Part shown: one piece after another, positions 47,957 through 56,615 of the stretch | How the letters are laid out: each line of letters opens with the position of its first letter | How positions within the stretch are numbered: the first letter of the stretch is position 1 | Assembly: GCA_963654365.1 (NCBI GenBank) | Contig: CAVJZP010000003.1 | Coordinates: 2,984 to 66,983, forward strand | Length of the DNA stretch: 64,000 bases | DNA from: Oscillospiraceae bacterium | Lineage (GTDB): Bacteria > Bacillota_I > Bacilli_A > RFN20 > CAG-288 | Direction of reading: 5' to 3' | Translations under genes and position numbers: made by a program | Notes under the pieces: generated by a model | Databases searched by the model: none | What the model was told of the DNA's origin: nothing | The model's input: the letters and a program-made list of their open reading frames with translations, nothing else

Positions 47957-48925
47957 TTAGTTGTACTTGTAGAATCCTTCTCCGGAGGACATGCCTAATT
48001 TTCCGGCATCCATATACTCCTTCAGAATCTTGGCCATCGCCTTGAAGTTATACGGCATCATCATCTTTCTGAGAAGAGGAGTGAATAATCCAGGAACCTT
48101 CTGGTACTGCATGACAATGTTGTATGCAGTATTCAATCCGACGGTATCGAAGATCTGGAACGGGCCCTTCGGTGCACCGGTTCCCTTTGTCCAGGCAAGG
48201 TCGATGCTCTTCGGATCAGAGACGCCATTGGCATAGAGGTCAAGACCGGATAAAAGGAAAGGAACCAACATGGAATTGAGGAGGTATCCACTCTTTTCCT
48301 TTAAGACCGGCAAAGCTATCATATGGATTGCATTGGCAAATTCAGTGACTTCATCGAAATATTTGCGGTCTGTCTGGCCCTGAACCATGACTTCAGCTGT
48401 ATTGTTCTTCCAGATGGTGTTGGCGAAGTGAAGGGAGAGATATTTGTTCGGTCTTCCTGTATATTTGGCAAACTGGGAAGGAAGAAGAGTAGAGGAATTG
48501 GTAACTAAGATGGTCTTCTCAGGAAGAAGAGGAGCAAGTGCCTTATAGAAGGCGATTTTTGCTTCGGCATCTTCGGCCATGGATTCGATGACAAGATCCG
48601 CATCCTCAACCGCTTTCTTCATATCCAATTCGAGCTTGAGACTGTTATAGGCGGATAAAGTTCTTTCGACCGCCTTCTCCGCATCGAAGGTGTCACCCTC
48701 AGCAAAGCCACGGCACCAGTCAGCAGAATCCTTCACAGCATTCTTCATCTTTTCGATGTCAGCGAGATAGGTTTCCTTGAGATGATCGATCTTGGGCTGT
48801 GTGCGCTTGATGCTGCCTTCGCTTCTGAGCCAAATGGTGACATCAAATCCCCAATAAGCGGCCTGGAAAGCAATCTGGCTACCCAAAACACCGCCACCGG
48901 CAACGACTACCTTTTTGATATTCAT
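47957..48925 (-). CDS. 3-hydroxyacyl-CoA dehydrogenase family protein (NAD-binding)
   Basis: It has the Rossmann motif VVVAGGGVLGSQIA and a two-domain HADH architecture. The start is at MNIKK, after AAGGAG. The substrate cannot be inferred. Confidence 0.8.
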   Translation of the reverse strand: MNIKKVVVAGGGVLGSQIAFQAAYWGFDVTIWLRSEGSIKRTQPKIDHLKETYLADIEKMKNAVKDSADWCRGFAEGDTFDAEKAVERTLSAYNSLKLELDMKKAVEDADLVIESMAEDAEAKIAFYKALAPLLPEKTILVTNSSTLLPSQFAKYTGRPNKYLSLHFANTIWKNNTAEVMVQGQTDRKYFDEVTEFANAIHMIALPVLKEKSGYLLNSMLVPFLLSGLDLYANGVSDPKSIDLAWTKGTGAPKGPFQIFDTVGLNTAYNIVMQYQKVPGLFTPLLRKMMMPYNFKAMAKILKEYMDAGKLGMSSGEGFYKYN

Positions 48926-49132
48926 GTATGCATTCTCCTTTTTCATACAAAATTATTTTACCGAACTTTGTTCAACTTTCAACCATATAGAAAGAAATGT
49001 TACATAATTCAATTTTTGTTACATCACAAATGGCAACGCTTCCATAAATATCAATGATTGCACAGCTAAATCCAGTTGAAGATAAATTGGTGTTCAAAAT
49101 CAAAAAAGAAAATGAGATAATACTATATACGT

Positions 49133-49209
49133 GGCCCTGTAGCTCAGTTGGATAGAGTACCTGACTTCGAATCAGAGGGTCAAGAGTTCGAGTCTCTTCA
49201 GGGTCACCA
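49133..49209 (+). tRNA. tRNA-Arg (anticodon UCG), CCA encoded
   Basis: The cloverleaf was folded by hand. The acceptor stem is GGCCCTG/CAGGGTC and the D-arm is GCTC-AGTTGGATA-GAGT. The anticodon stem CCTGA/TCAGA carries the loop CT-TCG-AA, and the T-arm is AAGAG-TTCGAGT-CTCTT. Confidence 0.9.
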
Positions 49210-49222
49210 GTATCGTATATAG

Positions 49223-49247
49223 TCTGATGCACTCGCATCAGATTTTT
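49223..49247 (+). terminator. Rho-independent terminator after the tRNA
   Basis: Hairpin TCTGATGC-actc-GCATCAGA followed by TTTTT. Confidence 0.7.
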
Positions 49248-49304
49248 ATATTTATCCTAGTATCTCTATCCTAGTCATTTTCCGATAACATTTATAAAAA
49301 TCTA

Positions 49305-49368
49305 TTGCCTTTATAACAGTTTCAGTCTATAATTTTTTAAGTCACTTAATTAATTGCGCTAAGCAATT
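49305..49368 (+). promoter_or_regulatory. Near-consensus SigA promoter plus downstream inverted repeat (candidate ROK operator) of the sugar operon
   Basis: TTGCCT-17 nt-TATAAT, then AATTGC-gctaa-GCAATT between the -10 and the Shine-Dalgarno. Confidence 0.5.
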
Positions 49369-49385
49369 TGAGGAAGGATGTCATT

Positions 49386-51347
49386 ATGAACAAAGAAGAA
49401 ATGTATCAGTACTTCTTAAACCAGCTGAGCAATGGCGATTGCTATCTTGTCATCGGCAAAGGAAAAGCAAAGTACAAGATGAAGCGTGGTTCCTTCACTA
49501 CAAAGGACCATATCGTCGACAGAAGAAAGCTGACTTTCTCATTCCAGGACGGAAACCGTTATATCTTCACAGATGGAAAGGTACAGGCAGAGATTATTGT
49601 CGACAAGGATCCCTGGGTCAAATTCCACTTCCATGTCGATCCGGGATATAACCGATTCACACTGCGATTCAAGACATTCGAAGATGAGCATATCTATGGA
49701 TGCGGAGAGCAGTACTCCACATTGGATCTGAAAGGAAAGGATGTCCCAATCTGGGTCAGCGAACACCAACAGGTCATGAAGATTGTCAAGAAGCAGCTTA
49801 GAGAAAGACTCAAAGGTCCTGATCCGGATTACCAGGCTCCTTATAAGGACCATCAGACCTACTGCTCCACTCCTTCCTTCTTCTCCTCCAAAGGCTATGC
49901 TATCTACTGCCATGAGGATACCTACGGATTCTTGTCTTTCAAAAAGGATGAGCTCTTCATCAAGTTCAGACAGGTCCCTCAGTCTATCTCCTTACTCTGC
50001 GCTGATTCCTTATTGGAATTGTCTCAGGAAGTATCGAAATTAGTCGGCTTCCAGCCCCGTGTCCCCTCTTGGGTGAATGACGGGGTCATCCTCGCAATTC
50101 AGGGAGGAAGCGAAGTCCTCTTAAAGAAGTATGAGGAAGCGAAGAAAAAAGGGCTGAAGATTGCCGGAATCTGGTGTCAGGACTGGTGCGGAAACGTTGT
50201 GACCAGTTTCGGATATCAGGTCTTCTGGAACTGGGAAGCGGATGAGAAGCTCTATCCGAATCTCAAAGAGATCATAAAGAAGCTCAATTCCGAAGGCGTA
50301 AGATTCTTAGGATACATCAACACCTTCTTAAAAGAGGGTGGCCCTCAGTATCTCGAAGCCAAAAAGAAAGGCTTCCTGATCCGTCATAAGGACGGCTCTG
50401 TCTACCACATCAAATCCACTACCTTCAATGCAGGAATCGTCGATCTGACCAATCCTTCCGCCAAGAGATGGTATATCGATATCATCAAGAAGAACATGAT
50501 CGAATACGGACTCTCCGGATGGATGGCAGACTTCGGAGAATATCTTCCGACCGATTCTGTCTGCTACGGAGGAGAAAGCGAGAAACTTCACAACCGTTGG
50601 CCGACCATGTGGGCAAAATGCAATTACGACGCTGTCAAAGAGTGCAGAAAAGAAGAGGAATGCTTCTTCTTCTCCAGAGCCGCCTACGGACATACCTTCC
50701 AGTACACCAACTCCATGTGGAACGGAGATCAGCATGTCGACTTCTCCGACGAATACGGCTTAGGTTCCGTTATCCCTGCTTCTCTTTCCTTAGCCTGCTC
50801 TGGCGCTGGTGTCATCCACTCGGATATCGGCGGATATACGACCATCACTGCCTTATATCCGATGAAGAGAAATGCAGAGCTCTTCAACCGTTGGGCAGAG
50901 ATGAACATCTTCACTCCGGTCTTCCGCACTCACGAAGGAAACCAGCCGAAGAACAATGTCCAGTACGATGACAAGGATACCTATGATGAGTTTGTCAAAA
51001 ACACAAGATACTATGTCGCCTTGAAGGAATATAGAGAAGCACTATACGAGGAGTATTACACAAACCACACTCCGATGATCCGTCCTCTCTTCTTCCATTA
51101 CGATGAGAAAGAGGCCTACGAGAACAAAAAGGAGTTCATGTTCGGAAGCGATGTCATTGTTTCACCAGTTCTTAGACCAAATGAAACAAAGCATAAATAT
51201 TACCTTCCGAAAGGTGAATGGATTCAGTTCTTCACGAATAAAGAAATCCCGTCCGGTGAAGGAGAGTTGGATTCTCCGTTAGGACTCCCTATCGCCTTCT
51301 ACAGAAAAGACAGCAAGTTCAGATCATTATTTGAAAAGATAAATTGA
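49386..51347 (+). CDS. GH31 alpha-glycosidase of the YihQ (sulfoquinovosidase) subfamily
   Basis: It shares long motifs with my recollection of E. coli YihQ (HIYGCGEQYS, GIWCQDW, GWMADFGEYLPTD, WAKCNYDA, MWNGDQ, HSDIGGYTT, FTPVFRTHEGNQP). The start is at MNKEEMYQ, after GAGGAAGGA. Confidence 0.9.
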   Translation: MNKEEMYQYFLNQLSNGDCYLVIGKGKAKYKMKRGSFTTKDHIVDRRKLTFSFQDGNRYIFTDGKVQAEIIVDKDPWVKFHFHVDPGYNRFTLRFKTFEDEHIYGCGEQYSTLDLKGKDVPIWVSEHQQVMKIVKKQLRERLKGPDPDYQAPYKDHQTYCSTPSFFSSKGYAIYCHEDTYGFLSFKKDELFIKFRQVPQSISLLCADSLLELSQEVSKLVGFQPRVPSWVNDGVILAIQGGSEVLLKKYEEAKKKGLKIAGIWCQDWCGNVVTSFGYQVFWNWEADEKLYPNLKEIIKKLNSEGVRFLGYINTFLKEGGPQYLEAKKKGFLIRHKDGSVYHIKSTTFNAGIVDLTNPSAKRWYIDIIKKNMIEYGLSGWMADFGEYLPTDSVCYGGESEKLHNRWPTMWAKCNYDAVKECRKEEECFFFSRAAYGHTFQYTNSMWNGDQHVDFSDEYGLGSVIPASLSLACSGAGVIHSDIGGYTTITALYPMKRNAELFNRWAEMNIFTPVFRTHEGNQPKNNVQYDDKDTYDEFVKNTRYYVALKEYREALYEEYYTNHTPMIRPLFFHYDEKEAYENKKEFMFGSDVIVSPVLRPNETKHKYYLPKGEWIQFFTNKEIPSGEGELDSPLGLPIAFYRKDSKFRSLFEKIN

Positions 51348-51366
51348 GAAATAGGAGGAAAACACA

Positions 51367-52047
51367 ATGAAATATTTTCTTGATTCAGCGAAGTTAGATG
51401 AGATCGATTACGCTTATAAAAACTATGCTATCGATGGTGTCACAACCAATCCGAAGCACATCATGGCATCCGGAAAGCCGTTTCTTGTCGCCATCAACGA
51501 TATCGCAGATTGGCTGAAGGAGAATAACCTTTTAGGAGTCGAGAAATTCCCCGTCTCTGTCGAGATCAATCCGCATCTCGATAATGCAGCTGATATGATC
51601 AGCGAAGCCAAGAAGATCTCCGCTATCTGTGAGAACTTCGTCATCAAAATCCCATGCACCACAGAAGGTGTCAAGGCTGCGCTTCAGTTAGAGAGACAGG
51701 GTATCAGAACCAATGTCACTTTGGTCTTCTCTCCTTCTCAGGCTATCCAGGCCGGAAGAATCGGCGCCAAGTTTGTCTCTCCTTTTGTCGGATGGAAAGA
51801 AAATAACGGCGAAGATACCTATCCTTATATGTCACAGCTTGTCAACATCTACAAAGAGAAAGGTTACAAGACCGAGATTATCGTCGCTGCTGTCAGAAAC
51901 GGCAAGCAGATTGCCGATGCCGCTGAGATGGGGGCTGATATTGTAACAGCCGGTCTTGCTGTCTATGAAGATAGCTTCAATCATCCCTTCACTACCTATG
52001 GCTTAGGTGTCTTCCAGAATGCCTGGGATCATACGAAAGGAAACTGA
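51367..52047 (+). CDS. Second, divergent TalC/Fsa-type transaldolase (candidate 6-deoxy-6-sulfofructose transaldolase)
   Basis: It contains FLDSAKLDEI, GVTTNPKH and the Schiff-base Lys motif VIKIPCT. It is clearly a paralogue of 14695..15354. The functional call rests on context. Confidence 0.8.
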   Translation: MKYFLDSAKLDEIDYAYKNYAIDGVTTNPKHIMASGKPFLVAINDIADWLKENNLLGVEKFPVSVEINPHLDNAADMISEAKKISAICENFVIKIPCTTEGVKAALQLERQGIRTNVTLVFSPSQAIQAGRIGAKFVSPFVGWKENNGEDTYPYMSQLVNIYKEKGYKTEIIVAAVRNGKQIADAAEMGADIVTAGLAVYEDSFNHPFTTYGLGVFQNAWDHTKGN

Positions 52048-52050
52048 TCC

Positions 52051-52887
52051 ATGAAAGTAGCATTCATCGGCCTTGGCATCATGGGAATGCCAATGGCAAA
52101 TAATGTCAGCAAAAAATATGATCTCATCGGATACGATGTGATCAAAAAAGAGACACCTTTCCCCTTTGCTTCCTCCTATAAGGAGTGTGTCGACTTCGCT
52201 GATGTCATCATTTCCATGGTCCCCAAAAACGAGCATATGCTCTCTCTTTACAAGGAGATCAAGCCTTTCTTGAGAAAAGGACAGATCTGGATCGATATGT
52301 CCACGATCTCTCCTAGCACCAATCAGACTGTCGCAAAAGACTTGGAAGGAACGGGCGTTGAGATTTTGGATTGCCCCGTTGTCAAATCACAGCCTGCCGC
52401 TATCAAAGGCGAGCTTGGCATCTATGTCGGCGGAAAGAAGGAAGTCTATGAAGCAGTCAAAGAGATTCTCTCCTGCATGGGAAAAAACATCATCTTCATG
52501 GGTGACCATGGCGCCGGACTTCAGATGAAGATCCTTCACAACGCTTTGGTAGGTGAAATCCAGAACGGCGTCAACGAGATTCTCGGCTTAGCCAAGAAAT
52601 TAGGACTGAACCAGGAAGAGGTCGTCGAAGCCTTCGGATACGGAGGGGCTTCCTGCTTCTATCTCGATACGAAAGCAAAGAACATCATCACAAACACCTA
52701 TCCGACCGCTTTCTCCGTTGAGAACATGAACAAAGATGTCCATTTTGCAAAAGAGATAGCCAGTGAAATCAATAAGGACTGTCCGTCCTTGAACCGTGTC
52801 GTAGAAGTCTATGAAAAGGCGATGGAAAAGGGATTGGCGAAAGAAGATTTCTCCGCCTCCTATAAAATTGTCAACGAGGAAAATTAA
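52051..52887 (+). CDS. Beta-hydroxyacid (HIBADH-family) dehydrogenase (candidate 3-sulfolactaldehyde reductase)
   Basis: It has the Rossmann N-terminus MKVAFIGLGIMGMPMA in a 278-aa product. The family call is solid, while the substrate is inferred from context. Confidence 0.8.
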   Translation: MKVAFIGLGIMGMPMANNVSKKYDLIGYDVIKKETPFPFASSYKECVDFADVIISMVPKNEHMLSLYKEIKPFLRKGQIWIDMSTISPSTNQTVAKDLEGTGVEILDCPVVKSQPAAIKGELGIYVGGKKEVYEAVKEILSCMGKNIIFMGDHGAGLQMKILHNALVGEIQNGVNEILGLAKKLGLNQEEVVEAFGYGGASCFYLDTKAKNIITNTYPTAFSVENMNKDVHFAKEIASEINKDCPSLNRVVEVYEKAMEKGLAKEDFSASYKIVNEEN

Positions 52888-52889
52888 AT

Positions 52890-54221
52890 ATGAGAAAGCC
52901 TATTATCGGTATTGTCTGCTTAGTCAGAAAAACCTTTGATTATGAAACTGCCTTCCAGTTATACAAAGAGAGAAGCGCAAAAGTCATGGAAGACAAGAGC
53001 GTCGACTGGGTCTATTATCCAGAGATGGTGATTGAACCAGGCGAAGCAAAGAAAGCCGCGGACTATTTTGTCGAGAAGCATGTTGATGCCGTCGTTGTCG
53101 TCTCTGCCACCTTCCACCTCGGCGGACTGGCTTTGATTCTTCACAACATCGTCAAGCGTCCTTTCCTGTTGCAGGGATATAACGAGCTGCCTTACAACGG
53201 CGGAAAAATCCGTCTCAATGCCGTCTGCGGTGTCAATCTCAACGCCTCCAACCTTTATAAAGGCGGCGTCGATGACTTCATCGTCTATGTCGGCGACGAC
53301 ATCGATCACGACTGGGTCACGGCAATCAAGATGAAGACGGCTTTGGAGAATTCCAATGTCGGTCTCATCGGTTTCCACGCTCAGGGATTCTACAATGTCG
53401 GTGTGGATGAACTGCACCTCTATAAGGAACTCGGTGTCCTGATTTCCCATTATGAGCTTTCCGATTTCTTCGGAGGAGAAGCAAACGAGGAAGAGATCGA
53501 CAAGGAAGAGAAGAATCTTCGCGAGATCTTCGACTGTTCCAAACTCAATGATTTCCAGGTAAGACAGGTCTCTAGACTGATTGTCGTATCGGAAAGATTC
53601 ATGAAGGAGAAAGGCTTGGATGTTGTCGCTATCCGCTGCTGGCCGGAATTCGCCAAGAACTACGGTGTCTCTCCTTGCGCTATGATGTCCGTCCTTCAGT
53701 CAAGAGGCATTCTATTAGCCTGTGAAGGTGATATCGAAGCCGCATTGAGCATGGTAGCTGTAAAAGCTGCCGGAGAAGAGACTCCTTTCATGGCCGATCT
53801 CTCCCAGGTCAATTATGAGGAGAACTACGCTCTCCTTTGGCATGACGGCGTTGCTCCCTGCAATCTCTGGGATCATCGCTGCAACCGTTCCTTGGAAACC
53901 TATTTTGCTGGTGGAAAAGGTGTCACAGCTGACTTCGTCTTAAAACCGGGAAAGATGTCGATTCTAAGAATCGATACGGCCAGAGGAAAGACAAGAATCT
54001 ATTACGAAGAGGGAGAAGCCTTTGAGATGAACAAGGATCTCTCCGGAACCTATGCGAAGGTCGTATTTTACCGCCCGATCAACGAAGTGATCGACACTGT
54101 CGCCTATACTGGTGTTGCGCATCATGTCATCATGGGATACGTCCAGTATAAGAAGGCAATGAGATATCTGGCCAAAATGATGAATTGGGAGATTCTCGAT
54201 GAAAATACAAAATGCTACTGA
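52890..54221 (+). CDS. L-fucose/L-arabinose isomerase-like family protein
   Basis: The 443-aa product has an N-terminal flavodoxin-like pattern. It also has the motif ACEGDIEAAL, typical of the FucI/AraA metal site. Confidence 0.7.
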   Translation: MRKPIIGIVCLVRKTFDYETAFQLYKERSAKVMEDKSVDWVYYPEMVIEPGEAKKAADYFVEKHVDAVVVVSATFHLGGLALILHNIVKRPFLLQGYNELPYNGGKIRLNAVCGVNLNASNLYKGGVDDFIVYVGDDIDHDWVTAIKMKTALENSNVGLIGFHAQGFYNVGVDELHLYKELGVLISHYELSDFFGGEANEEEIDKEEKNLREIFDCSKLNDFQVRQVSRLIVVSERFMKEKGLDVVAIRCWPEFAKNYGVSPCAMMSVLQSRGILLACEGDIEAALSMVAVKAAGEETPFMADLSQVNYEENYALLWHDGVAPCNLWDHRCNRSLETYFAGGKGVTADFVLKPGKMSILRIDTARGKTRIYYEEGEAFEMNKDLSGTYAKVVFYRPINEVIDTVAYTGVAHHVIMGYVQYKKAMRYLAKMMNWEILDENTKCY

Positions 54222-54813
54222 TCCCGAGTTTTCGGAATACGGTTCTCTTTTATCCGTTGACACAAAGGAGATCGTCGACTATCTGAAGACGAAAGCCAAG
54301 ATGCCGGAAGAGAACAATATCTATGTAAGAGATGACAAAGACATGTCCTCTTTGAAAGGCATGAAGGAAATAAAGGAAAGTGTATATGGTCTATCCGATA
54401 TTGAGACCGGATACTGCAATGGATACAATTCCCTTCTCAACTGCATGGAATACCATGCCTGCCCGGAAGTGGATATTGCAGCCGACGATCTGATTCTCCT
54501 TTTGGCGAAGCCCTCTGACATCAAGGATGGAATCTTGAATTCCTCCGATGTTAAGGCTTTCCTTGTAAGGAGAGGAGAGGCTGTCTCACTCTATCCTTAT
54601 ACGCTTCATTTCTCCCCTTGCAAACTGAGCGACAACGGATTCCGATGCGCTATCATCCTTGCGGACAAGACCAATATGGATCTTACTGAAACTCCAAAGG
54701 ATACAAAACTTTGGAAGGTAAATAAATGGCTTTTGGCACATAAGGATTCCAAACAAGCCACTTTAGGTGCTTATGTCGGAATTGTCGGAGAAAACATCAA
54801 GGTCGATTACTGA
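54199..54813 (+). CDS. Small cupin-like protein, possibly DUF4867 / SqvD-type sulfoquinovose isomerase
   Basis: The 204-aa ORF overlaps the previous gene by 23 nt and has a GGGAGA Shine-Dalgarno. The family assignment rests on size, context and recollection, not on a verified motif. Confidence 0.5.
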   Translation: MKIQNATDPEFSEYGSLLSVDTKEIVDYLKTKAKMPEENNIYVRDDKDMSSLKGMKEIKESVYGLSDIETGYCNGYNSLLNCMEYHACPEVDIAADDLILLLAKPSDIKDGILNSSDVKAFLVRRGEAVSLYPYTLHFSPCKLSDNGFRCAIILADKTNMDLTETPKDTKLWKVNKWLLAHKDSKQATLGAYVGIVGENIKVDY

Positions 54814-54815
54814 TC

Positions 54816-55532
54816 ATGCTCTATGATGCTCTATTCATCCTAATCATATTCTTAAGCAATATCATACAGACGATAACCGGATTTGCAGGAACCGCTCTTG
54901 CGATGCCTCTCTCCCTCCGTTTAGAGGGGAGTGATGTTGCAAAGCCGGTTCTGAACCTTGTCGCGCTTTTAGTCTCCGTCTATGTTGTCATCGCTCACTT
55001 CAAGGATATCGACTGGAAGCATTTCCTTACGATCATCATCACCGTCGGCCTTGGATTTGCGACTGGCTATCTTGTCGATATGATACCGATGCAGAGCAAG
55101 ATTCTTCTCTACATCTATGGATCGATTGTCATTCTGATCGCCATCCTTTTCTTCTTCATCGACTTTGAGAAGATCAATCTTCCGAAATGGCTGATGATAC
55201 TGTTCCTCTTCTTAGGCGGAATCATCCATAAGCTCTATGTCTCTGGCGGACCGTTTGTTGTCATCTACGCTCTTCATGAGCTAAAGGACAAAAACAAGTT
55301 CCGTGCCACCTTATCCCTATTATGGATCGTTCTGAATTCCGTCCTCTTTACGACCGAGATGATCAGTGGCATCTTCACGGCTCACACCTGGATTCTCTTT
55401 GGAATCGGAGCTGGTGTTACTGTCCTTTCCTTAGTTCTCGGTGCGCTGATTGCTCCGAAGCTATCGAAAAAGGTATTTTTGAAGATCACCTGTGTCCTTT
55501 TGTTCATCTCCGGTGTTACACTATTAATATGA
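54816..55532 (+). CDS. TauE/SafE family anion (sulfonate/sulfite) exporter
   Basis: The 238-aa product has about 7-8 TM helices. The N-terminal pattern IIQTITGFAGTALAMPL is typical of the DUF81/TauE family. Confidence 0.75.
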   Translation: MLYDALFILIIFLSNIIQTITGFAGTALAMPLSLRLEGSDVAKPVLNLVALLVSVYVVIAHFKDIDWKHFLTIIITVGLGFATGYLVDMIPMQSKILLYIYGSIVILIAILFFFIDFEKINLPKWLMILFLFLGGIIHKLYVSGGPFVVIYALHELKDKNKFRATLSLLWIVLNSVLFTTEMISGIFTAHTWILFGIGAGVTVLSLVLGALIAPKLSKKVFLKITCVLLFISGVTLLI

Positions 55533-56497
55533 CAATGAATTTGACCGATACCCAGAAATCCATCCTGAAGATTCTGTTTGTCGAGAAGGAGAGTTCCCGC
55601 TCTCTGTTAGCAAAAAGGCTTTCTCTGACAAACGCTGCTTTGACGTTGTCCTTAAAGCCATTGATTGAGGACAAGTTCGTTCTGGAGAGCAAGAATGATG
55701 CTCAGAAAGTCGGAAGAAAGGAATTGAAACTTTCCTTGAATCCGAAGCATGGCTACTTCTTCGGCATCGACATCAAAAAGAACAATACCTACTACTCTCT
55801 TATGGATTTTTCCTCTGGTCTTGTGAAAGTCACAAACAGCAGGGAAACGGATATCGCTTCCTTCCTGTCCGGATACGAAAAGAAGATCCTCTCAATCGGA
55901 ATCACGATGCGTGGAAACGCATCCTGGGATTCCTTTACGAAAAAACAGGAGACTCTCTATCAGGAGCTCCTTCCGCTCTCTCTTCCTATCCATGTCTTCA
56001 ACAACGTCGACTGTTTAGCCGATATCTATTCTCTCCAACACAAAGAGGACAAAAACTTCCTCCTCATCAAATATGGCCCTGGTGTTGGTTCCTCTATCTA
56101 TGTCAATGGGATGTCCTTAGGAAACCAATCCGAACTCGGTCATACCTATTACCACGATAAGACCGTGGAAGAGACGATTTCCTATCTCACCCTGCTCAAT
56201 AAGGATGTCAACGAAGAGGAAGGAACCGCACTCCTTTTAGAAAAAGAAGAGAAGCTGAAGAAAGTCATTCACGTCCTTGCCTTCTCCCTTCTGAACGCGG
56301 ATTCTCTTCTCTCCTTGCAGAAGATCATCCTCTCCGGAGCCTTACTATCCAAAGAGGAGATCATCGAAAGATTGAAGGAGGAGATTCACTCTTACAAAGA
56401 GGATTTCGTTCTCGATAAGCTTTGCCTCTATCCTGACTACAACACGCTGAACACAAAGAAGAGCTGCATCGGCGCCTTCATCAAAGAATTCGAATAA
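55529..56497 (+). CDS. ROK-family transcriptional regulator (wHTH + sugar-kinase-like domain)
   Basis: There is an ATGA start/stop overlap with the exporter gene. It has an N-terminal wHTH (SRSLLAKRLSLTNAALTLSLKPLIEDKFV) and a ROK-like ELGH motif. The ORF-track N-terminal extension from 55322 was rejected. Confidence 0.7.
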   Translation: MTMNLTDTQKSILKILFVEKESSRSLLAKRLSLTNAALTLSLKPLIEDKFVLESKNDAQKVGRKELKLSLNPKHGYFFGIDIKKNNTYYSLMDFSSGLVKVTNSRETDIASFLSGYEKKILSIGITMRGNASWDSFTKKQETLYQELLPLSLPIHVFNNVDCLADIYSLQHKEDKNFLLIKYGPGVGSSIYVNGMSLGNQSELGHTYYHDKTVEETISYLTLLNKDVNEEEGTALLLEKEEKLKKVIHVLAFSLLNADSLLSLQKIILSGALLSKEEIIERLKEEIHSYKEDFVLDKLCLYPDYNTLNTKKSCIGAFIKEFE

Positions 56498-56502
56498 AAA
56501 TT

Positions 56503-56533
56503 AGGCTATTAGAGCTGTTCTAGTAGCCTTTTT
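56503..56533 (+). terminator. Terminator of the sugar operon
   Basis: Hairpin AGGCTA...TAGCCT followed by TTTTT. Confidence 0.6.
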
Positions 56534-56543
56534 ACGTCTAACG

Positions 56544-56597
56544 AAAAGAGACTGTCTATCCTACCGCGGATCTGCGATATCAAGACAGTCTCTTTTC
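56544..56597 (-). terminator. Terminator of the GPH transporter gene
   Basis: A 12-bp stem AAGAGACTGTCT...AGACAGTCTCTT with flanking A and T runs. Confidence 0.7.
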
Positions 56598-56615
56598 TAT
56601 AACGCTGAAAGGAGA

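Noticed and set aside
48998-49024. The direct repeat TGTTACAT occurs twice, 19 bp apart, upstream of the 3-hydroxyacyl-CoA dehydrogenase gene. The repeat TATCCTAGT also occurs twice at 49253..49275, after the tRNA.
   Set aside because: Repeats of 8-9 bp in AT-rich spacers are expected by chance. There is no second line of evidence for an operator or an att site.
48972-49238. An 88-aa minus-strand ORF overlaps the tRNA.
   Set aside because: It is fully explained by the tRNA-Arg gene and its terminator. The ORF is the antisense of a structured RNA and has no Shine-Dalgarno.
55322-55528. Several ORF-track entries have N-terminal extensions: 55322 for the ROK gene, 3467 for the TSCPD gene, 22642..24630, 27052..28182, 44499..45509, 18769..19239, 5467 and 235..1419.
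   Set aside because: The extensions overlap upstream genes or terminators and lack Shine-Dalgarno sites. Internal Met codons with good Shine-Dalgarno spacing give N-termini that match the family. One example is a signal peptide that starts right after the pnp terminator.
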